This document shows, piece by piece, positions 51,192 through 61,532 of a stretch of 64,000 nucleotides of DNA; position 1 is the stretch's first letter, and each line of letters starts with the position of its first letter. Below the pieces are notes generated by a model. It searched no databases. It saw nothing but the letters and a program-made list of their open reading frames with translations, and was not told the origin of the DNA. Source of the stretch: an uncultured Verrucomicrobiae bacterium (GTDB lineage: Bacteria; Verrucomicrobiota; Verrucomicrobiia; Limisphaerales; Palsa-1400); NCBI GenBank assembly GCA_963707025.1, contig CAVPOM010000006.1:512001-576000 (forward strand), given 5' to 3'. A program made the position numbers and the translations under genes.

Positions 51192-53181
51192 ATGAGAATA
51201 AAACCATCGGGAAATCTTCGGGGGATCGCTGTCTTGTTGGGAGCGGCGGTTTTGCCCAACTCGCCGTCGGCGCGGTTGGCGGCGGCGGAACTCAACTTGG
51301 ACAATGGGCAGGTGAGCCTGACCTGCACGACGAAGGACGGCGCGCTTCTGCCCGGCTGGTTGCAGGACAAAAAGACCGGCCAGAGGGTGAACCTCGGCAC
51401 GGACTTGTTCAGTCTGGCGCTGACCAACGGGGCAGTTTTGCATGCCCGGCGAGTTCAGGCTGGCGGGCGAACCGCGCGTCGCGCCATTGGCGGTCAATCC
51501 GAACGCCTCGCGTCTGGCGGAACGGCTGCCGGGCCGGGAACTGGTGGCGGACTTGACCAGCGCGGACGGCAACGTGCAGGTGAGCTGGCATGCGATTTTG
51601 CGCGACGGCTCGCGTTATCTGCGCGAGGAGGTGGTTTTCACGGCGGGAAAAAATCCGCTGCCCTTGAAGGGCGTGGGGATGCTGGAGACGTCGAATGCCA
51701 CCGCGCGCGCGACCGGCACGGTGGACGGCTGCCCGGTGGCGGACCCGACGGCGTTCTACGGGGTGGAGCATCCGCTTTCGATCAATCGTGCGACCAATGG
51801 CGTTGTGCGCTGCTTCCTGCCGCGCGGCGCGGCGATTGGGCCGGGCGAAAGCTTTGCCTGTTCGCAGGTGGTTGGGTTCGTGCGGCCGGGGCAATTGCGC
51901 CGCGATTTTCTGGCCTACCTGGAACGGGAGCGCGCCCATCCCTACCGGCCGTTTCTACATTACAATTCGTGGTATGACATTGCTTATTTCGGCAAGTATG
52001 ACGAGGCGGCGGCCTTGAATGTCATCAACGCCTTCGGCCAGGAACTGGCGGTCAAGCGCGGGGTGAAGCTGGATTCGTTTTTGTTCGACGACGGCTGGGA
52101 CGACAACAAGACGCTCTGGCAGTTTCATTCCGGTTTTCCCAACGGCTTTGCGCCGCTGCAGGAGGCGGCGGCCAAATACGGCGCGGCCCCGGGCATCTGG
52201 CTTTCGCCGTGGGGCGGCTACGGCCAGCCGCACACCGAGCGCATTCAATACGGCCGGGAGCAGGGCTTCGAGATCCGCGGCAATAATTTTTCCCTGGCCG
52301 GCCCGAAGTACTACGAGCGATTCCGCGGGCGTTGCGTGGAGGTGGTGAAAAAGTACGGCATCAACCAGTTCAAGTTCGACGGCATCGGGGTGAGCGGGCG
52401 GGATGAAACGGGCGCGGGCCTGCGCGATTTTGAGGCGATGCTCAGGCTGATTGCCGAGCTGCGCTCGCTCAAGCCGGACATTTACATCAACCAGACCACC
52501 GGCACCTGGCCGTCGCCTTTCTGGCTGCTGCACGCCGACTCGATCTGGCGCGGCGGGGAGGATCATTCCTTCGTCAACGGCCCCGAGCCGCAACGCGAGC
52601 GCTGGATCACCTACAAGGACAATGACGTTCATTCCCGAATCGTGGGCCGCAGCGAACTGTATCCGCTGAATTCCTTGATGTTGCACGGCATCATTTACGC
52701 CAGGCAGGCGCGCGGGTTGAACTATGACACCAACAACATCCTCAAGTCGGAAATCCGCGCCTATTTTGGCAACGGCACGCAGTTGCAGGAAATGTATATC
52801 ACGCCGGCCCTGCTGACGCCGGAAAACTGGGACACCCTGGCCGAGGCGGCCAAGTGGTCGCGCGACAATGCCGGGACGCTCGTGGACACGCATTGGGTCG
52901 GAGGCGCGCCGTCGGCCCGGCAGGTCTATGGCTGGGCGGCCTGGTCGCCCAGGAAGGGCATTTTGACTTTGCGCAATCCGTCGGCCGTGGCCGGGGAAAT
53001 CCGCATTGACCCGGCCAAAGTTTTCGAGCTGCCGGAAGGGGCGGCGCAAAATTACACCATCGCCAATCCGTTCAAGGATCAGACGGTGGAGGCCACCCGG
53101 CTCCGTGCCGGAGAAGAGACCACGTTCAAACTCCAGCCGTTTGAGGTGCTGGTCATCGAGGCTTTGCCGGAGGTTCGTTGA
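51192..53181 (+). CDS. Secreted TIM-barrel glycoside-hydrolase-like protein (one-base frameshift near 51446)
   Basis: Signal peptide; FLHYNSWYD, FLFDDGWDD, GIWLSPWGGY, FKFDG resemble clan GH-D motifs; VLHA joins GEFRL if one C is removed. Confidence 0.78.
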
Positions 53182-53208
53182 GCGGTTTGTCCCGCCAAAA
53201 CCGGTACT

Positions 53209-53421
53209 TCATGAGCAGTCACCGTCGCCCGGCAAATCGAGCCGCCGGTCCAATTCCGCCAAAGTGGCAAATTCCGCGGCGGGCTTTTCAATTTTGGTGG
53301 AAAGCTTTTTGCGGTAGGCGGCGTCGGCGGCGTCCTGGAGCGACACGAGGAATGCTGTCAAGTGCCGCTGTTCGCTCGCGTTTAGCGCGGACAATTCTTG
53401 TTTCAACATCTCGATGCTCAC
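53209..53421 (-). CDS. Small antitoxin-like protein
   Basis: MSIEMLKQELSALN..E...L..FL; TLAELDRRL; ATGA overlap with a short MKYRF start. Confidence 0.55.
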   Translation of the reverse strand: MSIEMLKQELSALNASEQRHLTAFLVSLQDAADAAYRKKLSTKIEKPAAEFATLAELDRRLDLPGDGDCS

Positions 53422-53500
53422 CGCTCAATTCTATGCCTGATTCCTTTGGAATCAATCCCAAAAGCCGGTGGTGGTACAGTTCGAGTTTGAAAGTAACGGC

Positions 53501-53860
53501 CTAATATTTAGGTTCTGATTTCTGTCGTTGCCAATCGCGATAAAGTCCCCACATCATCAAAAACCATAGCGGGAGAACAAATGCCGGATGACGGTAAACT
53601 CGCTCAATGGATTTTGCCGCTGGACTCGGAACAAGATAATTGCACGCGACAACCACGGCGACGAAAAGAACTACACCGCCAAAGCCTACGCACAGTTCCC
53701 GAGGTGGAATGGGGGTAAACAATTCTGAGCGAGTCACGATGACCAAAAATGATATACCAAAGCACATGCCGAAGCCGGTAAATCCTGTCATCAAAAGCAA
53801 ACAACCGATGCTGATAAACATGGCAGCGACGGAATAGCGAATGATGAAGGCAGGTTTCAT
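53501..53860 (-). CDS. Hypothetical membrane protein, low GC
   Basis: Three to four hydrophobic segments. Confidence 0.6.
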   Translation of the reverse strand: MKPAFIIRYSVAAMFISIGCLLLMTGFTGFGMCFGISFLVIVTRSELFTPIPPRELCVGFGGVVLFVAVVVACNYLVPSPAAKSIERVYRHPAFVLPLWFLMMWGLYRDWQRQKSEPKY

Positions 53861-54005
53861 AACAACTAAAAAGGTAGCCGAACGCGCCCGAAAATCAAGG
53901 CAAAAGTCGGTAGTTGCAAAGATCGGCCAGGCAGTTGTTTATCCCGCCAACGTGTGATAGGATTGCAGGGTCGCAGATCAATCTTGGCCGCATAATCGAA
54001 CCAAC

Positions 54006-54902
54006 ATGAATCAGAGTCCCATCACCGCGTTAATCTTCACCACCATGCTCGCCGGCATGTCATGGGCTGGGCAAGCCCAGGGTCCGGAGACCCCGGCGGC
54101 AACGGGCGGCGCCACGGCGTCCGCCGCTCCGCCAGCGCCACCCGCCGCGGGCCAGTCCGCCTCCCTCCCACCGTCCTGGCTCACCGATCTGCCCCAGGCG
54201 CAGGCCCGGGCCAAGGCGGAAGGAAAATCCGTCTTCCTTTTTTTTCACGGTTCCGACTGGTGCCCGCCGTGCGTCGAGATGCAGCGCCAGGTGTTTGACT
54301 CGCCCGAATTTGCCCGCTATGCGCGCCAGGCGCTTGTCCTGGTGGATGTGGACTTCCCGGGGAAACAGGCGCAAAGCGACGCGTTGAAGCGGGCCAACCT
54401 CGCGCTGAAAGCCCGGTTCAATCTGGGCCAGGGCTTGGGCGAGGGTTTTCCCACCATCGTTCTGCTCAATGACGCCGGCGAAACGGTCTATCAGGAAACG
54501 GGCTACGCCGGCGGGGGACCGTCGGAAGTCCTGCCCAAGCTTCAGCGTCATGCCGGGACTGGCGCAGCCGCCGCCCAACCGGCCGCCTTCAAGAACCTGA
54601 GCGTGGACGAGTTCGCGCAAATGACGGCCGACAAACGGAACGTGATTCTGGACGTGCGCACGGCCAGGGAATTTGCAGCCGGCCATCTGGCCGGGGCCGT
54701 GAACCTGGACGTGACGGCGCCGGACTTTGAAACAAAAGCGGCCTTGCTCGACAAGAGCAAGACCTACCTGGTGCATTGCGCCAGCGGCGTGCGCAGCGTC
54801 AAGGCTTGCGAAAAGCTCGGCCGCCTTGATTTTCCCAAACTCTACAACCTGCCCGGAGGCTTCAGGGCCTGGGCGCAGGCCTGCCAGCCCGTTGAAAAGT
54901 GA
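54006..54902 (+). CDS. Exported thioredoxin-fold plus rhodanese fusion
   Basis: Signal peptide; FHGSDWCPPC, GFPT; LDVRT..EF..GHL.GA, HCASGVRS. Confidence 0.88.
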   Translation: MNQSPITALIFTTMLAGMSWAGQAQGPETPAATGGATASAAPPAPPAAGQSASLPPSWLTDLPQAQARAKAEGKSVFLFFHGSDWCPPCVEMQRQVFDSPEFARYARQALVLVDVDFPGKQAQSDALKRANLALKARFNLGQGLGEGFPTIVLLNDAGETVYQETGYAGGGPSEVLPKLQRHAGTGAAAAQPAAFKNLSVDEFAQMTADKRNVILDVRTAREFAAGHLAGAVNLDVTAPDFETKAALLDKSKTYLVHCASGVRSVKACEKLGRLDFPKLYNLPGGFRAWAQACQPVEK

Positions 54903-55097
54903 CGCCAGCGCCGGCCCGGTCAAGTTCCACGAGCTGGCCGGCACAAGCCTGCGGGCCGTCCTCCGGCCTGTTGCAATTTGCAGTGAGTCGGTCAGGGGTG
55001 GCCAGGCGGGTCTGGCCTTGGCTTTGCCCGCCGTCACGGACGCCCGGCCAGATTTTGCATTTTGCATTTTCCATTTTCCCCCTACCATGTGGGTGAG

Positions 55098-55694
55098 ATG
55101 CCTGAATTGCCTGATCGTCTGTGGAAGGAATACAGCGAAGTTTTCGCGGATTTCGATGACCTGACGCTGGCCCGCTGGCTGGCCCAAACGCTCGCCCAAC
55201 TCAAGGGGCGGGCCTTGCGCTTTTCCCATCCGCTGGTGGGGGCTTACCGGCTGGCGGCCGAACAAGCCCATCACCGCCAAATCTGGCTCAAGCGCATGGT
55301 GGACGCGCCGGCGGGGTTTGCCGAAGCCGCCTGCTGCCGCGCCCCGGCCCTGCCGCTCTTTTCGCGCGATGTGCTGGAAACCGGATTACTCTGCCAGCAT
55401 TGTTCGGAAACGCTGGTGGCCCCGGAGGATTTGCCGGAGGATTTGCAGCCGGCGGTCAAACGCTGGGCCTCCGAATATGCGCCGGTCCACGCCGTGGCGC
55501 ATTGGGAGGAGCGCCGGCGCAAATCGGAGGCGGCTTACGACAAGGCGTGCGAGGCAGCCGCGCAGCACGCGGAAAAACTCCTGGCCGTGGCCGGCTTTGA
55601 ACTCATGCCGCGTTTTTTGGAGCACTACCCGGCCATCATCTGGGAAGACCATGACGAATGTTCGGAAGTCCGGCCGGATGACATCAACCCGTAG
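55098..55694 (+). CDS. Hypothetical protein with possible Zn-binding cysteines
   Basis: CCRAP..LLCQHC; coding-like codon use. Confidence 0.7.
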   Translation: MPELPDRLWKEYSEVFADFDDLTLARWLAQTLAQLKGRALRFSHPLVGAYRLAAEQAHHRQIWLKRMVDAPAGFAEAACCRAPALPLFSRDVLETGLLCQHCSETLVAPEDLPEDLQPAVKRWASEYAPVHAVAHWEERRRKSEAAYDKACEAAAQHAEKLLAVAGFELMPRFLEHYPAIIWEDHDECSEVRPDDINP

Positions 55695-55741
55695 GCCCAT
55701 GGTGAAGCGAGGATGGCGGATTGGCAGCCGGAAAGCACGCG

Positions 55742-56440
55742 ATGTTTAAACTGATCAAACGATTGTTCCGCTGGGCGCTTTATCTGTTCATGATGGTGCT
55801 GGTGCTGGTCGTGGCGGCGGTCCTTTTGCTGAATCCGATTGTCAAACAACTCGTGCAAAGCCGCTTCCGCTCCGCCACCGGCATGGACGTGAAGATCGGG
55901 AAAATGGACATCGGGCTGGGCACTCCCACCATCGCCATGGAAGATGTTAAAATCTACAATACCCCTGGATTGGGCGGCTCGCTGTTCCTGAGCATGCCTG
56001 AAATTTTTGTGGATTATGACCGGGACGCCATGCGCGCGCACAAGCTGCACCTCAATCTGGTCCGCATCACCCTGGCGGAAATAGACCTCGTGCAGGACAA
56101 AAAAGGCCGCGACCTGGTGGGCATCGCCGAAAAGAGCCAGGCGGTCGAGGGCGGGATTAAAAAGCAATGGTCCGCCTTCACTTTCACCGGTCTGGATACC
56201 TTGAACGTGACGTTGCAGAAGCTGCGCCTCAGGCGGCTGGATTCGCCCTCCCCGGTGGAGGAGGTCAATTGCGGCATTTCCAACGAGGTCTTCACCAACC
56301 TCAAAACCGGGGAGGATTGGCAAAACCTGGCCGTGATCCTGGCGGCCAGAAGCTCGGCGTCCGCTTCCCGCTCCGGCAATGCCCCGGTTGACCTGGCCAG
56401 GCTGCTGCAACAATTTTTGCCGGCAGGCACAAAAAAGTAA
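55742..56440 (+). CDS. AsmA-like membrane-anchored protein
   Basis: N-terminal TM, ATGMDVKIG, IYNTPG. Confidence 0.65.
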   Translation: MFKLIKRLFRWALYLFMMVLVLVVAAVLLLNPIVKQLVQSRFRSATGMDVKIGKMDIGLGTPTIAMEDVKIYNTPGLGGSLFLSMPEIFVDYDRDAMRAHKLHLNLVRITLAEIDLVQDKKGRDLVGIAEKSQAVEGGIKKQWSAFTFTGLDTLNVTLQKLRLRRLDSPSPVEEVNCGISNEVFTNLKTGEDWQNLAVILAARSSASASRSGNAPVDLARLLQQFLPAGTKK

Positions 56441-56537
56441 CCGGCGCAATTGGCGGCGGGGCTTGCACCCAAAGCACGCCAACCAACCCGAATAATCTTT
56501 GGCCCCCGCCCCTTCCCCCTTACATTCGCGAGCGAAA

Positions 56538-58241
56538 ATGTCGAAGATGTTGAAATCATCCGGTGGGATCGGAGCGGCCACGCTGGCCAGCCGGGTGCTG
56601 GGCCTGGTGCGCGAACAGTTCTTTGCCGCTTTCATGGGGACCACTGCCATTGCGGGGGCGTTTCAATTCGCCTTCATGATTCCCAATATGTTCCGGCGCC
56701 TGCTGGGGGAAGGGGCCTTGACCGCGGCCTTCATCCCCATCTTCAAGGCCAAGGAAAAAACCGAGGGCGAGGCGGCCATGTGGCAGGCGGCCAACGCCGT
56801 CGTCTCGGGGCTGCTGGTCCTGGCCATGGGCATCGTCCTCCTGGTCATTTTGGCGCTGTCCCTTTTGTTGATCGCGCGAACCTGGCAGCCGGAGACCAGG
56901 CTGATGTTCCAACTGATGCGCCTGATGTTTCCTTACATGTTGATGGCCTGCCTCGGCGCCGTCTTCATCGGCATCCTCAACGCCCGCGGCCGTTTCTTCG
57001 TCCCCGCCCTGAGCGCGGCGATTCTGAACGTCGTGCTCATCAGCGCGGCCGCGCTGGTTTTGTCGTTGGGAAAGGATTATGACGCAAGCCTGCACAAGCA
57101 GGTTTTCATCCTGGCCGGCGCCGTGCTGGTGGCGGGCGTGGCGCAGGCGGCTTACCAGTTGCCGGCGCTGCGGTGCGAAGGATTCCGTTATCGCTGGGTC
57201 ACGCCGTGGCGCGATGCCACGGTGCGGGAAGTGGCCGCGAAAATGATTCCCGGAGCCATCGGCGTGGCGGCCTTCCAAATCAATGTCACGGTCAACCAGG
57301 CTTTTGCCTTTGGCGAGAACGCCAGGATTGTGAGCGAATTCAACTACGGGGTCCGCCTGATGGAACTGCCGCAGGGCGTGTTTGGCTTGTCGCTGGCCAC
57401 CTTTCTTTTGCCCACCCTGTCGGCGCTGGCGGTGGAAAAAAATTTCGGCCAGTTCCGCTCGACGTTGCGCCAGGGCGTCAACCATCTGATTTTTGTCAAC
57501 CTGCTCGCCTCGGTGCTGCTCTTTACCATGGCCGAGCCGATCATCCGGCTGCTCTTTGAGCGCGGGAAATTTGACGCCCTCTCCACCACGCGCGTCAGTT
57601 TTGGCCTGATGTGCCTGGTGCCGGGGCTGGTTTCCTTTTCGCTGGTCAACATTTTCGCCCGGGCCTTTTATGCGCTGCAAGACATCCGGACCCCGATGCG
57701 CGTCAGTGTTTTTTGTCTCGCGGCCAATGTGGTGTTGACAGTGATTTTTCTTTTTGGCACGGACCTGCGGGCCGGGGCGCTCGGCCTGGCCAACAGCCTG
57801 AGTTCCTTTTGCAATCTGGGCCTGCTGGTCTTTTCCCTGCGGAAAAAATTGCGGACCCTGGAAATGGCGGAATGCCTCGCCCAACTGCCGCGCCTGGCGC
57901 TGGCCGGATTGCTGGCGGGTTTGGAGGCCTGGGTTCTCCGCCGGCATTGGACGGCGCAGGCCGGTCATGCCACCCTCCCGCTCAAACTGGGCGAGGTTTT
58001 TCTGCCCATGACCGCGGCCGCGGCCGTTTATTTCCTGCTCGCCCTGTGGTGGAAGGTTCCTTCCGCGCACGAGATCGCCGGTTTGCTGGCCGGGCGCGCC
58101 GCATCTGTCAGGTACCTAATAATGAGCCGCTCCCCCCGTCCGGCCCGCCGGCTTAGCCAGGATAATTCAGCCCCGCGCCCCAACCCGGCGGGGCGGGCGG
58201 GCCGCCCCTGCCGCCCCGGCGCCGGGAAATTTCCGGGTTAG
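56538..58241 (+). CDS. murJ: Lipid II flippase MurJ
   Basis: TLASRVLGLVRE, AFMIPNMFRRLLGEGAL..AFIP, RLMELPQGVFG, LFERGKF, FYALQD.RTP. Confidence 0.95.
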   Translation: MSKMLKSSGGIGAATLASRVLGLVREQFFAAFMGTTAIAGAFQFAFMIPNMFRRLLGEGALTAAFIPIFKAKEKTEGEAAMWQAANAVVSGLLVLAMGIVLLVILALSLLLIARTWQPETRLMFQLMRLMFPYMLMACLGAVFIGILNARGRFFVPALSAAILNVVLISAAALVLSLGKDYDASLHKQVFILAGAVLVAGVAQAAYQLPALRCEGFRYRWVTPWRDATVREVAAKMIPGAIGVAAFQINVTVNQAFAFGENARIVSEFNYGVRLMELPQGVFGLSLATFLLPTLSALAVEKNFGQFRSTLRQGVNHLIFVNLLASVLLFTMAEPIIRLLFERGKFDALSTTRVSFGLMCLVPGLVSFSLVNIFARAFYALQDIRTPMRVSVFCLAANVVLTVIFLFGTDLRAGALGLANSLSSFCNLGLLVFSLRKKLRTLEMAECLAQLPRLALAGLLAGLEAWVLRRHWTAQAGHATLPLKLGEVFLPMTAAAAVYFLLALWWKVPSAHEIAGLLAGRAASVRYLIMSRSPRPARRLSQDNSAPRPNPAGRAGRPCRPGAGKFPG

Positions 58242-61225
58242 AGCCATTTCTTGTGGATGAGCCACATCTTGACCAGTTGGGTCAGGACCACGTAACAGAC
58301 CAGCGTGGCCAGCAAAATGGGCCAGAACAGCCAGGGCAGCGCCACGAAGCCGAGCCATTTGGCCAGGGGCGAGCAGGGCAGCCAGGCGGCCACGGCCATG
58401 ATGATCACGGTCGTGATGGTCAGAGGCGTGCTGGCCCGGGCCTGGATGAACGGAATCTGGCGGGTGCGGATGACGTGAATAATGAGAGTCTGGGTCATGA
58501 GCGATTCGACAAACCAGCCGGTGTGAAAGAGGGCCGCGCCCGCCGGGTCCCAGCAGTGGAACAGATCCAACATCACAAAAAACGTGGTGTAATCAAAAAT
58601 CGAACTGACTGGTCCGATGAACAGGATGAAGCGCGAAATCTCCCCCATGTCCCACGGCTGCGGTTTGGCGAGCAGGCGGACGTTGACGTTGTCGGTCGGA
58701 ATGGCGACCTGGGAAAAGTCATAGAGCAGATTGTTGGTCAGAATTTGAATGGGCAGCATGGGCTGATAGGGCAAAAAGGCGCTGGCGCCCAGCACGCTGA
58801 ACATGTTGCCAAAGTTGGAGCTGGCCCCCATGCGGATGTATTTGAGAATGTTGACGAAGACTTTGCGCCCTTCCAGCACCCCCTCCTCCAGCACCATCAG
58901 GTTTTTTTCCAGGAGGATCATGTCGGCCGAGTCCTTGGCGATGTCCACCGCGTTGTCCACCGAGATGCCCACGTCAGCCGCGCGCAAGGCGGGAGCGTCA
59001 TTGATGCCGTCGCCCATGAAGCCGACGACGCGGCCGTTGCGGCGGAGGGCCTCGACGATGCGCTGCTTGTGCGTGGGGGAAAGGCGGGCGAAGACCTGGG
59101 TGGTTTGGACCGCCTGGCCCAGTTGTTCGTCGCTCATGTTTTCCACCGCGCTGCCCAGCACCACCTGCCCGGTGTCCAGGCCCACCTCTTTGCAGACTTT
59201 GCGGGTGACCAGATCGTTGTCGCCGGTCAGTACTTTGACGGCGACGCCGTTGTGCTGCAAGGCGGCGATGGCCCGGCCGGCCGTCTCCTTGGGGGGATCG
59301 AGAAAGGCGATGTAACCCTTGAGAATCAATGCCGCTTCGTCGGCTTTGGAGTAAGCGGCCCGTTTGTCCAGGTTCCGGTAGGCCACGGCCAGCACGCGGA
59401 ATCCGTCGGCGCTCAAATCATTGTATTCCTGGATGAGATCGCCCATCAAAATGGGTTCCATCGGCAGGATTTCGCCCTCGCTTTCAAACTGGGTGCAATG
59501 GGCAAAAACCGCTTCCGGCGCGCCTTTGGTCAGGATCTGGTATTCATGGCCGGGCGTTTCCACGATGACCGACATCATCTTGCGCGAAAAATCGAACGGG
59601 ATTTCGTCCACCTTCCGGTAATTGTCAATGCAAAGTTTCTGCCCGGCCTCCGCATGGCTCAAGACCGCGCGATCCAGCACGTTCTTCAGCCCGGTCTGAA
59701 AATGGCTGATGAGGTAGGCATCCAGCAAGACGGGGTCGCTTTGTTTCTTGAACACGTCGCAATAGATTTCCAGGATGACGTGATCGCGCGTCAGCGTGCC
59801 GGTCTTGTCCGTGCAGAGCACGTTCATGGCGCCGAAGTTCTGGATGGAATTGAGGCGTTTGACGATGACTTTCTTCCGGGCCATGGCCAGCGCCCCCTTG
59901 GACAGGCAGACCGAGACGATCATGGGCAGCATTTCCGGCGTCAAACCCACCGCCACCGCCAGCGCGAACAGAAATGCCCCGCCCCAGTCATGCCGGCGGC
60001 TTTTTTTCAATTCCGCCGGGTAAGCGTCCTCCAGCAGCAAGCGGTTGAGCCGGAAATCATGGCGGCCCGGGTGCTGCAGGCGCTCCTGCGTTTCCGGCCC
60101 CAGCCGGATGCCCTGGAAACGGTTCCCGTCGTAGAGGGACGGCCCGGAAACAATCGTGTTCAAGTTGGAAACGAGAAACCCGGCCAGCTCAGCGCTGTTG
60201 CTGGGTGAGAGTTGCCAGGCGGCCAGGGACGCGCGGGCGCCGGGGTCCAATTGCCCGCTCAAAAAGGCGGAGACCGGGTCGGCTTTGGCCGCCAGTTTGC
60301 CAGCCAAGGAGGGGAGTTTGACCAGGTCATCGGGCGCAATCTCCGAGGGCGATTTGCTCAAAGCGTTGATGAGAAACACGGCCGGGACCATGACCAGCAT
60401 GAAGGTCAGCATCAGGTAGGTGAATTTTTTGATCCCTTTGTCGAAGTTGGTCTCGATCGTCTGCATCGTCATGCTGCTGGCGATGCCCCCCAAATAAGTG
60501 CGGGGGCCGGTCTCCACCACCACCGCGTGCGCCGTGCCGCTTTCCACGCTCGTTCCCAGGAAGCAGAGGTTGGCAAATTCCAAAGGCGAGATGTTTTCCC
60601 GCGTTTCCCGCGGGTCAAACTTTTCCACCGGCAATGATTCCCCCGTCAGCGTTGCCTGGATGATGAACAAATCCTTGGCCGTCAGAATCCGCACATCCGC
60701 CGGAATCATGTCGCCGGCGCATAATATGACAATGTCGCCGGGGACCAGGCGCTGCAAGGGGACTTCGGCGGGAAGGCCGTCGCGCAGGGCGGTGGCCGTG
60801 ACCTTGATCATCGCCTTCAACTTGGCGGCGGCGGAGTCGGCCTTGGATTCCTGGATGAAGCGCAGGCCCACACCGAGCACGACCATGGCCACCATCAGCC
60901 AGGCGCCGACGAAATCGCTGGTCTCCTGGGCGGTGGAAAAGCTGATGGTGGCCAGAACGGTCAACAGAATGACCAGCGGATTGCGCACGGCGTGGAACAG
61001 GCGGGTGGCCCAGGTATGACGTTTCTCGGTGGAAACTTCATTGGGACCCACGCTGGCCAGGCGCTCCTCCGCCACCGCTTCGGTCAACCCTTCCGGGCCG
61101 GTTTCCAGCTTGCGCAACGCTTCCGCCGCCTCCATCCGGCCCGCTTCCACCAATTGCGCGGAGACCCGTCCGCTGGCGGGCTTGCGTTTTGGCGGCGGCG
61201 CCGCAGTGTTGCTTTGGTTGTTCAT
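58238..61225 (-). CDS. mgtA: Magnesium-translocating P-type ATPase
   Basis: LTGES, AVAVGLTPEMLPMI, CTDKTGTLT, TGDN, GDGINDAP, SSNFGN, NLLYD. Confidence 0.95.
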   Translation of the reverse strand: MNNQSNTAAPPPKRKPASGRVSAQLVEAGRMEAAEALRKLETGPEGLTEAVAEERLASVGPNEVSTEKRHTWATRLFHAVRNPLVILLTVLATISFSTAQETSDFVGAWLMVAMVVLGVGLRFIQESKADSAAAKLKAMIKVTATALRDGLPAEVPLQRLVPGDIVILCAGDMIPADVRILTAKDLFIIQATLTGESLPVEKFDPRETRENISPLEFANLCFLGTSVESGTAHAVVVETGPRTYLGGIASSMTMQTIETNFDKGIKKFTYLMLTFMLVMVPAVFLINALSKSPSEIAPDDLVKLPSLAGKLAAKADPVSAFLSGQLDPGARASLAAWQLSPSNSAELAGFLVSNLNTIVSGPSLYDGNRFQGIRLGPETQERLQHPGRHDFRLNRLLLEDAYPAELKKSRRHDWGGAFLFALAVAVGLTPEMLPMIVSVCLSKGALAMARKKVIVKRLNSIQNFGAMNVLCTDKTGTLTRDHVILEIYCDVFKKQSDPVLLDAYLISHFQTGLKNVLDRAVLSHAEAGQKLCIDNYRKVDEIPFDFSRKMMSVIVETPGHEYQILTKGAPEAVFAHCTQFESEGEILPMEPILMGDLIQEYNDLSADGFRVLAVAYRNLDKRAAYSKADEAALILKGYIAFLDPPKETAGRAIAALQHNGVAVKVLTGDNDLVTRKVCKEVGLDTGQVVLGSAVENMSDEQLGQAVQTTQVFARLSPTHKQRIVEALRRNGRVVGFMGDGINDAPALRAADVGISVDNAVDIAKDSADMILLEKNLMVLEEGVLEGRKVFVNILKYIRMGASSNFGNMFSVLGASAFLPYQPMLPIQILTNNLLYDFSQVAIPTDNVNVRLLAKPQPWDMGEISRFILFIGPVSSIFDYTTFFVMLDLFHCWDPAGAALFHTGWFVESLMTQTLIIHVIRTRQIPFIQARASTPLTITTVIIMAVAAWLPCSPLAKWLGFVALPWLFWPILLATLVCYVVLTQLVKMWLIHKKWL
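59993..60352 (-). other. 120-aa inserted domain in the MgtA TM3-TM4 loop
   Basis: Lies between FLINALSK and HDWGGAFLFALAVAVG; homologous to the YidC insert. Confidence 0.88.
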
Positions 61226-61302
61226 TCCTTCACAACTGCCGGCGGCGAATAAACCACAACCTCCTGCCAAAGGTCACGGTTAAAATACCTTGATTTGCGT
61301 GG

Positions 61303-61330
61303 TTGACTCGCGGCGGGGCGGCGGTATGTT
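61303..61330 (+). promoter_or_regulatory. Probable sigma70 promoter of the rpmH operon
   Basis: TTGACT-N16-TATGTT. Confidence 0.5.
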
Positions 61331-61398
61331 CTCAGGCTCGGAAGCGCGGGGTCGCCGTGGCCGGGCTGTTGCCCCCGACGCGGGGCAATTTACAATAT

Positions 61399-61519
61399 GA
61401 GACCTCTGCAAAACGCGCGTCCACGATTGTAGCGGCGGTCTATGACCGCCGCAAACCAGGGGAAATAACGCCACGGCGACGGTCATAGACCGCCGCTACA
61501 GGCGGTTTGCAGAGGTCTC
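61399..61519. mobile_element. IS5-like MITE with internal REP dyad (copy 2)
   Basis: TIRs GAGACCTCTGCAAA / TTTGCAGAGGTCTC; AATAT on both flanks; same REP pair as 22240. Confidence 0.88.
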
Positions 61520-61532
61520 AATATACGAAAAC

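Noticed and set aside
12495..51450. Frameshifts in DUF2851 (~12500), propeller protein (~35959), barrel (~38382), recG (~45008, ~45210) and GH-like gene (~51446) as pseudogenes or programmed recoding
   Set aside because: All are single extra bases, mostly in short homopolymers, in otherwise intact genes; most likely sequencing errors. Raw reads would decide.
54905..55060. GC-rich intergenic segment as a c-di-GMP or other riboswitch
   Set aside because: Only a partial GGCAAA match; conserved core elements are absent.
58090..58241. Extended basic C-terminus of MurJ as a new domain
   Set aside because: Low-complexity tail overlapping GC-rich hairpins between convergent genes; no domain evidence.
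61226..61400. Mg2+ riboswitch or MgtL-type leader upstream of mgtA
   Set aside because: No recognisable M-box features or Pro-rich leader ORF.
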